The notes under the pieces: generated by a model
Database searches by the model: none
What the model was told of the DNA's origin: nothing
What the model saw: the letters and a program-made list of their open reading frames with translations, nothing else
NCBI GenBank assembly: GCA_963777505.1
Contig: CAVZQN010000004.1
Span: 1,088,001-1,152,000, forward strand
DNA: 64,000 nucleotides
From: an uncultured bacterium
Lineage (GTDB): Bacteria > Acidobacteriota > HRBIN11 > JAKEFK01
Direction of reading: 5' to 3'
In this document: positions 9,295-19,687 of the stretch, in pieces
Layout: each line of letters begins with the position of its first letter
Numbering within the stretch: position 1 is the first letter of the stretch
Made by a program: the position numbers and the translations under genes

Positions 9295-10119
9295 CTATCG
9301 TTTTTGATCTTGAACCAGTTCGCGTGCGCGCTCCGCTGCTTTAACTACAGCCTTAATCAATGTCACGCGCAATTTTCCTTCTTCAAGCTCGAGCAAGCCA
9401 TCGATTGTACAGCCCGCGGGTGTTGTTACAACATCTTTCAATAATGCAGGATGTCCTTTTGATTCCAATACCATTCGCGCTGCGCCATACATGGTTTGTG
9501 CAGCAAGTAATGTGGAAATATCGCGCGGAATACCAAGCTTCACACCAGCTTCAGCCAGTGATTCAATGACAACATAAAGATAAGCCGGACCACTCGCTGA
9601 CAATCCTGTGGCTCCATCCATTAGGTATTCTTCAAGGAAAACTGTTTTGCCGACACATTGAAAAATGCTTTCAGCAATTTGAAGATGTTCACTCTTCGCA
9701 TGCTGTCCGCCGCACAATGCAGTCATTCCCGCATTTATAACGCACGGAGTATTCGGCATCGCTCGCACAACGGGCAAATCTTTTTGAAGACGTTCTTCTA
9801 CGAAAGTAGTTGGGACTGATGCAGCTACTGTGATCACCAATTGGCCTGCTTTTAGCGCAGGCGCAATTTCGCGAACGACATGATTCATGTTTTGAGGTTT
9901 TACAGCTAGAAGAACAACATCGCGGCCTTCGACTGCTTTGTTATTGTCTATAGTGCATTCGATGCCAAGCCGTTCACGGACTCGAGCAATTGAAGATTCA
10001 TGATTGACTGAACCAATAATGTCTTCTTTGCGAATTGTTGATTCTTTCAAGAGCCCTGAAACGAGGGCCTCTCCAAGTTTTCCAACACCAATAAATGCTA
10101 ATTTCTTTCCTGCTAGCAT
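9295..10119 (-). CDS. proC: Pyrroline-5-carboxylate reductase
   Basis: FIGVGKLG, AVKPQ, RAMPNTP, SGPAY, VTTPAGCT. Confidence 0.95.
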   Translation of the reverse strand: MLAGKKLAFIGVGKLGEALVSGLLKESTIRKEDIIGSVNHESSIARVRERLGIECTIDNNKAVEGRDVVLLAVKPQNMNHVVREIAPALKAGQLVITVAASVPTTFVEERLQKDLPVVRAMPNTPCVINAGMTALCGGQHAKSEHLQIAESIFQCVGKTVFLEEYLMDGATGLSASGPAYLYVVIESLAEAGVKLGIPRDISTLLAAQTMYGAARMVLESKGHPALLKDVVTTPAGCTIDGLLELEEGKLRVTLIKAVVKAAERARELVQDQKR

Positions 10120-10152
10120 TTCAGTCTCCCAACAGGCTTTGCGACTTTGCGG

Positions 10153-10638
10153 TTAAATTTCTTCAAATTCGCCTGTTTCTTTGTTTTTCCGTACATTGTC
10201 CCATTTGAAATATTTACCGTTCATTACAACATACACGCCGTGAGGTAGTGTTTGCACAAAGGCCATTGCACTTCCAAGATTGAACAAACCATCAGAGCTG
10301 CCAAATTTATAAGGAACCATAGCACCAGTAATCACGATTGTTTTTGGAAGTTTAGCAAGACCAAGTGACTTTGCTGTTTGATCCATCGTATCAGTACCGT
10401 GTGTTATTACGATTTTGTTCTCTTTCGCATCCCTGCAATGGTTCCGCGATTGTTTGCCGTCCGTATCTGTCATTTCCAAGCTATCCACAAGCATCAAAGT
10501 TTCTATGTCTACAGTGACCTTGCAACGGCCGAGCTTTAACATTTCCGGAAGATGAGTGTCTTTGAAAAACAGGGCTCCGTTCAGCTCGTTATATTCTTTA
10601 TCGAAAGTTCCGCCTGTTACAAAGATCCGGATTGTCAT
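10153..10638 (-). CDS. Short asparaginase-domain protein (N-terminal catalytic domain only)
   Basis: TGGTFDK and HGTDTM catalytic motifs; possible compensating indel pair near 10442-10460. Confidence 0.88.
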   Translation of the reverse strand: MTIRIFVTGGTFDKEYNELNGALFFKDTHLPEMLKLGRCKVTVDIETLMLVDSLEMTDTDGKQSRNHCRDAKENKIVITHGTDTMDQTAKSLGLAKLPKTIVITGAMVPYKFGSSDGLFNLGSAMAFVQTLPHGVYVVMNGKYFKWDNVRKNKETGEFEEI

Positions 10639-10683
10639 AGACGCGATTCTATCATCTGGTTGGGGTGGCGCCTCCCATCCTCT

Positions 10684-10742
10684 TTTTAACGCCGAGTTCG
10701 CCGAGTTAATTTTTTTAAACTCGGTCGGCCTCTGCGTTAAAA
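10684..10742. repeat. Complete inverted pair of the junction-repeat family
   Basis: TTTTAACGCCGAGTTCGCCGAGTT ... AACTCGGTCGGCCTCTGCGTTAAAA. Confidence 0.7.
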
Positions 10743-10847
10743 GTACACAATCAAACCACGGCGGTTCTTAGACACGCCCATATACGCCACAATATACTTG
10801 CCACAGGTTATGAGATTGTGATAGTTTCACAGAGCCGAGGTTATTAG

Positions 10848-10901
10848 ATGAAAATTAATACATTCGTCAATGTTCCATCGGCCTTTTCCGAACTCGTATA
10901 A
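10848..10901 (+). promoter_or_regulatory. Putative 17-aa leader peptide MKINTFVNVPSAFSELV upstream of the MATE gene
   Basis: GAGG SD 7 nt before ATG; TTGCCA -35-like box at 10798; followed by alternative GC-rich stems and T-rich tracts. Confidence 0.45.
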
Positions 10902-11020
10902 CTCTCGCCTAGTTAAGGGCGCCCCCAGATTGGGGATGAGTTAACGAACCGGGGCAGGCCCTTCAATTCACTTTCAAAATTCTTTTTTTAAACGTTCCCT
11001 TTTTTATAGCGTGAAACTAT

Positions 11021-12442
11021 ATGGACGCAACAACACAAGAACCTAAACTCACATTGAAAGAAACGCTTCAAATCATTCGTGATGCGATCCGCGGTGACAA
11101 GCGTGCCGACTTCACGGAAGGATTTTTAGGCAGAGATGTACTTTTACTTGCAGTACCAATGGTGCTGGAAGTTTGTCTCGAATCGGTATTTGCAGTCATT
11201 AACATTTTCTGGGTATCGCGTTTGGGTGCCGCAGCTACTGCTGCAGTTGGCCTTACCGAAGCAATGCTATCGATCCTTTATGCGCTTGCAATGGGACTAA
11301 GCATGGGAGGCGCTGCGATTGTGGCAAGAAGAATCGGTGAAAAGAATCCTGATGCCGCTGCTGTTGCTGCGGTTCAAGCGATCGTGCTTGGAATCCTGGT
11401 ATCTGTGACTGTTGCAATTGCAGGTGGAACCAACGCCGAACGTTTATTGGGTTTGATGGGTGCATCATCAGAGGTGATTGCAACGGGAACGTCATTCACA
11501 CGCATCATGCTGTTTGGAAATGGAACGATCGTGCTGTTGTTCTTGATCAATGCGATTTTTCGTGGCGCCGGTGATGCTGCAATCGCGATGCGTTGTCTGT
11601 GGCTGGGCAACATCATCAACATCATTCTTGATCCTTGTTTAATCTTTGGCCTTGGTCCTTTTCCTGAATTAGGAGTTACTGGAGCTGCAGTTGCAACGAC
11701 TACAGGAAGAGGTGCAGCTGTGTTGTATCAATTCTACAGACTTTCAAGAAGAGATAGCCGGATTGTCATTCATCGATCGAATTTACGTCTGGATCCTTCC
11801 GTGATGTTGTCGATGATCCGAATCTCCGGATCAGGAATTTTGCAGGCCCTGATCAATACAACAAGCTGGATTGGATTAATTCGCATTCTTTCGGGGTTCG
11901 GTAGTACTGCAGTTGCAGGCTACACAGTTGGAATCAGAATCGTTATTTTTGCGATTCTTCCATCGTGGGGTTTGAGCAATGCGGCTGCAACTCTTGTCGG
12001 ACAAAATTTAGGCGCCGGAAAACCAGAACGTGCTGAAAAAGCTGTATGGCTCACATGCCGTTACAACTTTTTCTTTTTAGGTTCTGTTTGTTTATTGTTT
12101 GAATTATTTGCAGGGGTCCTGATCCGTGCCTTTACAAAGGATGCAGCCGTCGCTGCTTACGGTGTTACTTGTCTGAGAATTGTCAGCGCTGGTTTCATTT
12201 TCTATGCCTTCGGGCTGGTGCTGACACAAGCTTTTAATGGAGCAGGGGATACCTGGACTCCAACGTTGATCAATTTATTTTGTTTCTGGCTGTGGGAAAT
12301 TCCACTTGGATATTTTCTTGCGTATAACGCGGGTCTCGGACCAACAGGCGTATTTATTGCCGTCACAGTTGCGTTTTCCACGTTGGCGGTTGTCAGCGCA
12401 ATTGTATTCAAACGTGGACGCTGGAAGCAGCGTAAGGTGTAG
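11021..12442 (+). CDS. MATE family efflux transporter
   Basis: About 12 TM; LAVPMVLE, NIILDPCLIFG, GVTGAAVAT, VGQNLGA. Confidence 0.93.
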   Translation: MDATTQEPKLTLKETLQIIRDAIRGDKRADFTEGFLGRDVLLLAVPMVLEVCLESVFAVINIFWVSRLGAAATAAVGLTEAMLSILYALAMGLSMGGAAIVARRIGEKNPDAAAVAAVQAIVLGILVSVTVAIAGGTNAERLLGLMGASSEVIATGTSFTRIMLFGNGTIVLLFLINAIFRGAGDAAIAMRCLWLGNIINIILDPCLIFGLGPFPELGVTGAAVATTTGRGAAVLYQFYRLSRRDSRIVIHRSNLRLDPSVMLSMIRISGSGILQALINTTSWIGLIRILSGFGSTAVAGYTVGIRIVIFAILPSWGLSNAAATLVGQNLGAGKPERAEKAVWLTCRYNFFFLGSVCLLFELFAGVLIRAFTKDAAVAAYGVTCLRIVSAGFIFYAFGLVLTQAFNGAGDTWTPTLINLFCFWLWEIPLGYFLAYNAGLGPTGVFIAVTVAFSTLAVVSAIVFKRGRWKQRKV

Positions 12443-12545
12443 GTTCTTTTTTTAACGCCGAGGACGCCGAGTAATTTTTTATTAGGCGCTACCATATCGG
12501 CTTAGGGATTGTTAACATAAAGGAGATAAAGGAGGACGTACTTAT

Positions 12546-13544
12546 ATGAAAAGGGTAGCCATTCATGGTTTTGGCAGAATAGGAAGATCTTTAACACGAG
12601 CAGCATTAAAAAATGGATTATTCGCACCAGTATCAGTTTCCGATATCACAGATCCATCAACACTCGCGGCATTGTTTGCATATGATTCAAATTATGGGGC
12701 ATGGCATGAGAAGGTTGAATTCAAGGACGGCAAATTTCATATAGGTGATCGTCAGGTTTCCTTTTTTAATTCTGCAAAGGCGCTTCCAAACTGGAAAGAG
12801 CTTGAAGTGGATTTAGTTGTCGATTGTACAGGCCGTGCTACAAAACGGGAATTTGCCCAGGCACATTTGGATGCCGGTGCGAAACGCGTTTTGGTGAGCG
12901 CGCCAAGCAAATCGCTGGAAGATTGCGATGCAGTTCTGCTTCCAGGAATTAATGTCGAACAGTTCGATCCATCGAAGCATCATATTGTTAGCATGGCAAG
13001 TTGTACAACCAACGCAATTGCGCCAGTTGTGAAAGTTTTAAGAGACACTGTTGGAATCAAAACAGGATTGTTTACGACAGTTCACGCTTATACGAATACG
13101 CAATCCTTAACAGATCAGCCGATGAAAGATCGAAGGGATTCCTGGGCAGCTGCGGAGAACATTATTCCTTCTGGATCTGGTGCAGCGAAATCGTTGAAGT
13201 TCATCTGGCCGGATCTTTCAATAACTGGCAAAGCCTATCGTGTACCGGTTCGTACTGGAAGCATCGTTGAGTTGAATGTCGTTCTGAATAAAGCATCCAG
13301 TGAGGATGAAATCAAAAACCTTTTTCGAAAAGCGGCCAATGAATCTCCATTGAAGGGGATTATGAGTGTTTTGGAAGAGGAGTATGCGAGTACGCGGATT
13401 CTTGGTGATCCGCATTCTTCGATCATCGATTTGCCGCTTGTTCAAATGATGGAAGGAACGCTTCTTTCAATTGCAGCATGGTACGACAACGAAATGGGTT
13501 ATTCGACTCGACTTGCGGAAACGGCAGCTAAGCTATCCGTTTAA
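12546..13544 (+). CDS. gap: Type I glyceraldehyde-3-phosphate dehydrogenase (divergent)
   Basis: GFGRIGR, ASCTTN catalytic Cys, HAYT, RVP, WYDNEMGYS; SD GGAGG. Confidence 0.9.
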   Translation: MKRVAIHGFGRIGRSLTRAALKNGLFAPVSVSDITDPSTLAALFAYDSNYGAWHEKVEFKDGKFHIGDRQVSFFNSAKALPNWKELEVDLVVDCTGRATKREFAQAHLDAGAKRVLVSAPSKSLEDCDAVLLPGINVEQFDPSKHHIVSMASCTTNAIAPVVKVLRDTVGIKTGLFTTVHAYTNTQSLTDQPMKDRRDSWAAAENIIPSGSGAAKSLKFIWPDLSITGKAYRVPVRTGSIVELNVVLNKASSEDEIKNLFRKAANESPLKGIMSVLEEEYASTRILGDPHSSIIDLPLVQMMEGTLLSIAAWYDNEMGYSTRLAETAAKLSV

Positions 13545-13546
13545 GA

Positions 13547-13631
13547 CAAAAGCAAAAATAAAAAATAAAAAAGCAAAAATAAAGACAGAAAATCATATTT
13601 TTTTGTCTTTTATTTTTAATCGTTGATCTTT
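13547..13631. repeat. A/T-rich heptamer-repeat inverted element (may also act as a terminator)
   Basis: Tandem AAAAATA/AAAAGCA units facing TTTTTAT/TTTTGTC units; similar element at 51462-51525. Confidence 0.6.
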
Positions 13632-13636
13632 ATTTC

Positions 13637-14002
13637 ATGCGGCGTATCGCCTGGTGGTTGATCCTGATCATTGTACTTTTCACTGGAGCCGTAGGTTTAT
13701 ATAATGGTCTTCAGGATTACTTCTATTCAAATCGCTTTGGTGCTCGTCTTCTTGCCGTAGCCGTCACCATATATGGAGTCGCCGGACTCGTTTCGTTTTT
13801 TGGGCTCATAGGCAGACGATCCTGGGCAATGCTTTCGATGATCATTTGGGCAAGCGCGATTTCGTTTGCAGGGACATTTGCATCGATATACTTTTCACCT
13901 CCAGAGGCTAGATTATTTTCCGGCTTAGGTGCTGGGATCACCTGTGTTGCATTGATGGGTTTAATCTTGATCCAGGTGCATCGCGAAATGTCACGATACT
14001 AA
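13637..14002 (+). CDS. Small 4-TM membrane protein
   Basis: Four hydrophobic helices in 121 aa. Confidence 0.7.
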   Translation: MRRIAWWLILIIVLFTGAVGLYNGLQDYFYSNRFGARLLAVAVTIYGVAGLVSFFGLIGRRSWAMLSMIIWASAISFAGTFASIYFSPPEARLFSGLGAGITCVALMGLILIQVHREMSRY

Positions 14003-14050
14003 ACCCAGAGCAGCAGCTCCCCATTTTTGCGGGTAAGATATGGGATTGTC

Positions 14051-17000
14051 ATGATTGGAATCAAACTTGGGAATCGTTATGAGATCGTTCGTTCATTGGG
14101 CGAAGGATCCATGGGCGTGGTCTATTTAGCGCGAGACCCATTACTGGAAAGGGATGTCGCGATCAAGCTTGTAAAAGGAAACATCCTGAGTTCAGAGTCT
14201 TTAGAACGATTTCGCCGCGAGGCGCTCATCGTTGCGAGATTTGATCATCCTTCACTGGTTTCGGTTCATGACACTGGTGAGCATGAAGGTTCTGTGTTTT
14301 TTGTAATGCCATTTGTAGAAGGCGAGAGTCTCCGTTCATTACTTAGAAAAGGCCCGCTTCCAATGAATGATGTGCTCGATATAGGAATTCAAGTTGCTGA
14401 AGCGCTTGAGTACAGTCATATGCGCGGCATCGTTCATCGTGATATCAAGCCTGAAAACGTATTAATCACTTCCGAACCGCAAGGACTTCGTGCGCGCGTA
14501 ACAGATTTTGGACTGGCTCTTACTACTGAAGATCAGCGGATTACTGGAGCGGACGTGGTTGTTGGAACTGTTGCATATTTATGTCCTGAAGCTGTAGGTG
14601 GGAAGAATGCAGATGCGCGATCCGATATTTATTCGCTTGGCGCAGTGCTTTACGAGTGTCTATCCGGACGAACACCTTATGTTGGCGATATTCGCAACAT
14701 ATTGTTCGGGATCACATATGAAGATCCACCTCAACTAAAAGGAATTACGCAGAATATTACAGAAGAATTGAACGCGGTTGTCATGCAATGTCTGCGTCGA
14801 GTTCCTTCTCTTCGACCGCAGCGTGCGCAGGATGTAGCGGATCAGCTTGCGCGATTGCGTTATGATCGCTCGGCCTGGGAACTCTCAACGCGTGCCGGCC
14901 GCAGGGAAGCGAGTGTTGGAAGGACACATGAATATACAGAACTTGTTCGCCGGCTTGAAGCAGCTGCAGATGGTCATGGCCAGCTGGTCCTTATCGGTGG
15001 AGATGCAGGTGTTGGGAAATCATTTTTGGTTGAACAGCTAACGTCTCTTGCGCGTGCACGCAGGATTCCGGTTTATCGCGGCCGTTTTCATGAACGCGAT
15101 CGTGCTTTTCCATTTCAAGGATTTTGCGAAGTCTGTCAGGATTTCTTCCGGGGTCCTGATGCGTCAGGCTCTGGACCTCATGTATCGGGAATTGATTTTT
15201 CAGATCTTGCTAATGAATTAACCAATCTTTTTCCTTCGCTTGCCGATCCGAATGCATTTGTTTTTCCACGATCCGAGCAATTCGCAGAAATTGAAACTGC
15301 TTCCGATGTGGCAGCATTACACGATTTGCTTGCGCGAACGTTGATCCGAATTAGTGCGGGAGGTCCTGCAATTATCGTTCTTGAAGATTTGCAGCATGGG
15401 GCAGAAGCCACAGCTACACTTAAGCCAATTCTTTCAAGATTGGACCGCTCGCCGATGTTAATCATTGGAACTTATAGAAGTAATGAAGTTACCAGGGATC
15501 ATCCTGTCAGCAATTTAATCCGTAGTCTAACAAATGAAAAAAATTTCAGTTTGATTGAATTGAAGCCGCTAGGAGTGCAGGATCACCGCCGATTGGTTGA
15601 ATCGTTGACTATGAATTCGGCGCCTGAAGAAGAATTTCTTGACAAACTTTATGAAGCAACCGAAGGCAATCCATATTTTACGAAAGAGGTGATCCGTTCG
15701 CTCGCTGAATCCGGAGTTTTAGTTCCGGTTGAAAGTGGGAGGCTTGTTGTTTCGGGTGATCTTGAAATGACATTTGATTCTCTGCCGGCCACTGTTCAGC
15801 AAACGATTGAAGCCAGGATGCGCAAGCTTAAGGAGCCGTTGCAGGAAGTTTTATCTGCAGCATCAGTACTGGGGAAAACGTTCGAATCTGAAGACCTAAT
15901 TTTTTTACTTGAGAAGGATGAAAAAGTTGAAGATGCAATTGATGCATTGATTGCCGATGATTTTTTGGAAGAAGATCGCGAAACGTATCGTTCAGATCGT
16001 TTGCGATTTTCCAGCGCGATGGTTCGAGATGCTTCCTATGCGCGGCTTTCCAGAAGGCGGCGAAAGAATTATCACAAAAAGTATGCTCAAGAGCTGGAAC
16101 GCCGGAACGAAAATTTTCTTGAACGAGTTTATCCCAGTTTAATTCATCATTATGCGCGCGCTGGTGAAGCCGAAAAAGTTGTGGATTATGGAATTGATTT
16201 TGCGCGCAAGACTTTGCGGACTTTTGGGACAGAAGAAGTGATCAGAGGCCTTAGAGATGGTGCTTGAATTTGGTCCCGGCGTTCGTGAAGGAGAAGTTCG
16301 GCGTTTGATGGCCAAAGCATATCGCATCAAAGGTGAGCCGATTGAAGCCCTGGAAGAATACGGAAAAGCTGTCGAAATTTTTCAACGTTTTGGTGATACA
16401 CACAGAGCGGTTGAATCGATGGCTCTGGCTGCAGAAACTGCGTGGCATTTCAGGCGAACGGAAGATGCTCGTGTTTGGATTGAAAAAGGAATTCCAGTCG
16501 CACGATCCGCGGGTTCTCAAATGGCTTTGAAAAAATTGTTGTCTCTTGGAGAAACTGCTGCAAACCTGCGTGGCGATCATGAATCCGGCAGACTGTATAT
16601 GAAAGAGCTGGACCGTTTGGAAAAAACCGGCCCAAGCATTGTCGCTCCAAATACTGCAGGAATTTTACATGTGCCTGTTAGCGGACTTGTTCATGGATTG
16701 GATCCATCGCGCGTTTTTTCAATGCAGGAAGAAGAAACAATTCCGCTAATCTTTGAAGCATTAACGCGTCAAGGAAGAGCAGCAGGAATTCGTCCATGGT
16801 TGGCTGCAGAATATTATGCCGAAAATAGTGGGCAAACTTTTCATTTCCGCCTGCGTGAAAATATTCGTTTCCATAATGGCAAAACTCTGACGGCACGAGA
16901 CGTTTCGTATTCTCTTCATCGTTTGACAACTTCAAACTTAAGCCGCAAACGGCATTTGCTTTCAGGCATGAAAGAAATTCAAATCATTACTGATCACGAA

Positions 17001-18098
17001 TTTCGCATTCATCTTGATCGTCCGATTGCATTCTTTCCAGCACTACTCGCGGATACATCATGTGCGATCGTGCCTGAAGGAACTCCAAGGATCGGATTTA
17101 ACTGGAAAGAAGATTGTGCCGGAACCGGACCGTTTCGTGTAACAAGATTTGAACCAGGGAAGATCTTAGAACTCGAACCTTTTCTTGAGTACTGGCGGCC
17201 TGGTCTTCCTAAATGTCAAAGACTGGTTTACACATTCGGTGTTGCGCCGGATCAAATCCTCAGTGGATTCCGTTCTGGTTTGTTTTCGTTAGCCTGGGAT
17301 CTTCATCCAGAGAGTGTAGAAGAGCTGTTGCGCGATACTCTTTTTGGGGCTCAATACAAAGAGAACCCAAGTCTTTCTACTTACTATCTTGCAATGAATG
17401 CAAATCATGGCACTTTAAAGGATGAAAAACTTCGTCATGAGTTAATTCGATCGTTAGACGTTCAATCACTTGTTACGAATTATGCCGGGCGTTCTGCAAT
17501 TCCTGCAGTCGGTCTCATTCCACCAGGTTTGCTTGGATATGAGCCGCCGATTCTGGACAGCCCTGAGGTTGTAAGGACTGACAGTGTTACAACAGAAGCT
17601 CTACGCATTGCGGATCATGAAATAGACTTGTCGGGAAATGTTCATCCAATATTTGACGGGCCTTACGCCACTTTTCAAAGTGAAATATTGAATGCGCTCA
17701 AACATAAAGGATTTACTGTTCATGGAATTGAACAAAAATGTCGTACCGATCAGCCTCCTCCGCAAAATGCCAATTTTGAATTAGGGCGATGGATCGCTGA
17801 TTATCCAGATCCGGATGGTGTGTTTTACTTGTTGTTGCAATCGGAAAATGGATTATTAGGGAAATTTTGTGGATCAAAAGAATTGGATGAATTAATAAAT
17901 CGAGGCCGTTCGGAAATAAATCCACTCGCGCGACATCAACATTATCGCGAAATAGAACGCTATATTTCGGATCACGCGCTCTTGTTGCCTTTGTTTCATG
18001 AACAATCTTATCGATTTGCGTTGAAAGAAGTTCAGGAATTCGAAGTTTCTTATAGCCGCCCCGTCGTTCCTTACGAAAAACTCTGGATCCAACGCTAA
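14051..18098 (+). CDS. Ser/Thr kinase - STAND-type (AAA_16-like) ATPase - TPR - family 5 solute-binding domain fusion (frameshift near 16247)
   Basis: Kinase: GEGSMGVVY, VAIK, HRDIKPEN, DFG. ATPase: GDAGVGKS, IIVLEDL, GNPYF. SBP5: FRLRENIRFHNG..LTARDV, GTGPF, WIADYPDPD. Removing one G gives one ~1348-aa ORF. Confidence 0.8.
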
Positions 18099-18190
18099 CC
18101 TCTCCCGCACCCCTGCTCCTCCGCATCTGATTTAATGAACAACGGTTAATAATTGTATAGAACGCTAGATCGAAAAAGTGGAGGGCTAAA

Positions 18191-18553
18191 ATGAGTAAGC
18201 CAGTTCTAGGAATGATTTTAGGAGCAATACTCGGAGTGTTCGATGGGCTGTCCGCGTTGTTTACGCCTGAAGTAGCTCCGATGATTGTTGGAATCGTGAT
18301 TGGTTCGACTATTAAAGGCCTTATTTCTGGTGTTTTGATCGGTTTGTTTGCCAGGCGATATAAGTCGCTTCCCTTAGGCATTGTTTTTGGATTATTAGTA
18401 GGACTTCTGCTTGCATATTTGATTGCCGCAATGCCATCGGAAGATGGAAAGCATTATTACTTTGAAATCATGTTGCCTGGTGCGATTCTTGGAATCATTG
18501 TCGGTTATGCGACCCAAAAGTATGGCCGTTCCACTTCTGCCTCTTTGCGGTAA
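18191..18553 (+). CDS. Small membrane protein, hypothetical
   Basis: Four Gly-rich TM helices; SD GGAGG. Confidence 0.75.
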   Translation: MSKPVLGMILGAILGVFDGLSALFTPEVAPMIVGIVIGSTIKGLISGVLIGLFARRYKSLPLGIVFGLLVGLLLAYLIAAMPSEDGKHYYFEIMLPGAILGIIVGYATQKYGRSTSASLR

Positions 18554-18567
18554 TACAATGTACACTT

Positions 18568-19455
18568 GTGAAAAGCCATGCAGTCCGCGGTGCAATCAAT
18601 TTAGTATTGAGCACCTTCTTTTTTGGAATTGCCGCAGCCCTGATTAAACTTCTCAGCACTGAATATTCCATTTTTGAGATTGCATTCTTTCGCAACTTCT
18701 TTGGTTTAGTCCCTGCTATTTGGATGAGCAGCCGCCGTGGTATTGCAGGCTTTCATAGCGCTCGTCCTTTTGCGCACTTTATGAGAGGCTTTTACGGCAT
18801 CTTCTCCATGTTTACAATTTTTTATGCTTATTCTTTGATCCCATTGCCAGATGCGACAGCAATTTCATTCGCAGCACCATTATTTATCACTGCGCTTTCA
18901 GTTCCATTGCTCAATGAAAAAGTTGGACGCCATCGTTGGACTGCAGTGCTTGTTGGACTAGTAGGTGTATTGATTGTACTTAGGCCTGGCAGCGGAATGC
19001 TAACGCGTGGTGGAACCGCTGCTTTATCATCAGCATTCTTTTATGCATTGGCAATGATCAGCTTACGCAAACTGCGAGACACAGAAAACACAGAAGTAAC
19101 AACTTTGTATTTCACTTTTTTCGCGAGTGTTGTCACAGGAATCATGGTGCCTTTTTTTTGGAAGACACCAGATTTGCACGGAGGATTAATGCTTACCTGC
19201 GTAGGCTTGCTTTCGGGTGTCGGACAATACTTCATGACAAAAGCATTCGGACAGGCCGAAGTTTCAGCCATAAGCCCGTTCATTTATGCATCCATCATCT
19301 GGTCAACTGTGTTCGGTATTTTGATCTGGAACCATATTCCAATATGGAGCACGCTTCTTGGAACCAGCATCATCATCCTCAGCGGAATCTATATTTTGCA
19401 TCGCGAACGTGTCCGCTCGGTGACTCGTGAAACCGTCCCAGTCCCCGAACCATAG
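18568..19455 (+). CDS. DMT/EamA family transporter
   Basis: Two EamA repeats, about 10 TM; PLLNEKVG..RWTAV. Confidence 0.9.
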   Translation: MKSHAVRGAINLVLSTFFFGIAAALIKLLSTEYSIFEIAFFRNFFGLVPAIWMSSRRGIAGFHSARPFAHFMRGFYGIFSMFTIFYAYSLIPLPDATAISFAAPLFITALSVPLLNEKVGRHRWTAVLVGLVGVLIVLRPGSGMLTRGGTAALSSAFFYALAMISLRKLRDTENTEVTTLYFTFFASVVTGIMVPFFWKTPDLHGGLMLTCVGLLSGVGQYFMTKAFGQAEVSAISPFIYASIIWSTVFGILIWNHIPIWSTLLGTSIIILSGIYILHRERVRSVTRETVPVPEP

Positions 19456-19459
19456 CTCT

Positions 19460-19560
19460 TAGGGAGCGCGGGCATCTTGCCCGCGAGTAAATCATAAATC
19501 CGAAGAATGCGGACTGGAAGTCCGCGGTCCCTAATGCAGGCTGGAAGCCTGCGCTCCCTA
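19460..19560. repeat. Cluster of 3 GGGA-type REP-like palindromes
   Basis: TAGGGAGCGC...GCGCTCCCTA ends; same arrangement as 2971-3052. Confidence 0.82.
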
Positions 19561-19578
19561 TTCCATTGAAACCCTAAT

Positions 19579-19647
19579 CTCTGTGTCTCGAAGCTAACCT
19601 TTGCGTCTCTGCGGTTCTATTTGACCTTTGTGTCTTTGTGGTTAAAA
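19579..19647. repeat. Three tandem copies of the junction repeat upstream of top6B
   Basis: CTCTGTGTCTC, CTTTGCGTCTCTGCGGTT and CTTTGTGTCTTTGTGGTT. Confidence 0.7.
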
Positions 19648-19687
19648 TAGTTCAACAAAAAGCCTGAATACAGGATGGATACTGGAG

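Noticed and set aside
16240-16267. Programmed ribosomal frameshift between the kinase-ATPase and TPR-SBP halves
   Set aside because: No slippery heptamer or stimulatory structure, and the window has many similar indels.
17713-18381. 222-aa antisense ORF and the many other 60-200 aa overlapping ORFs in the track (e.g. 33604..34197, 21151..21594)
   Set aside because: They are shadows of well-supported genes on the other strand or frame and have no recognisable motifs.
19460-19647. Repeats separated by short spacers, CRISPR-like at first sight
   Set aside because: Units are degenerate and in mixed orientation, spacers are irregular and short, and there are no cas genes.
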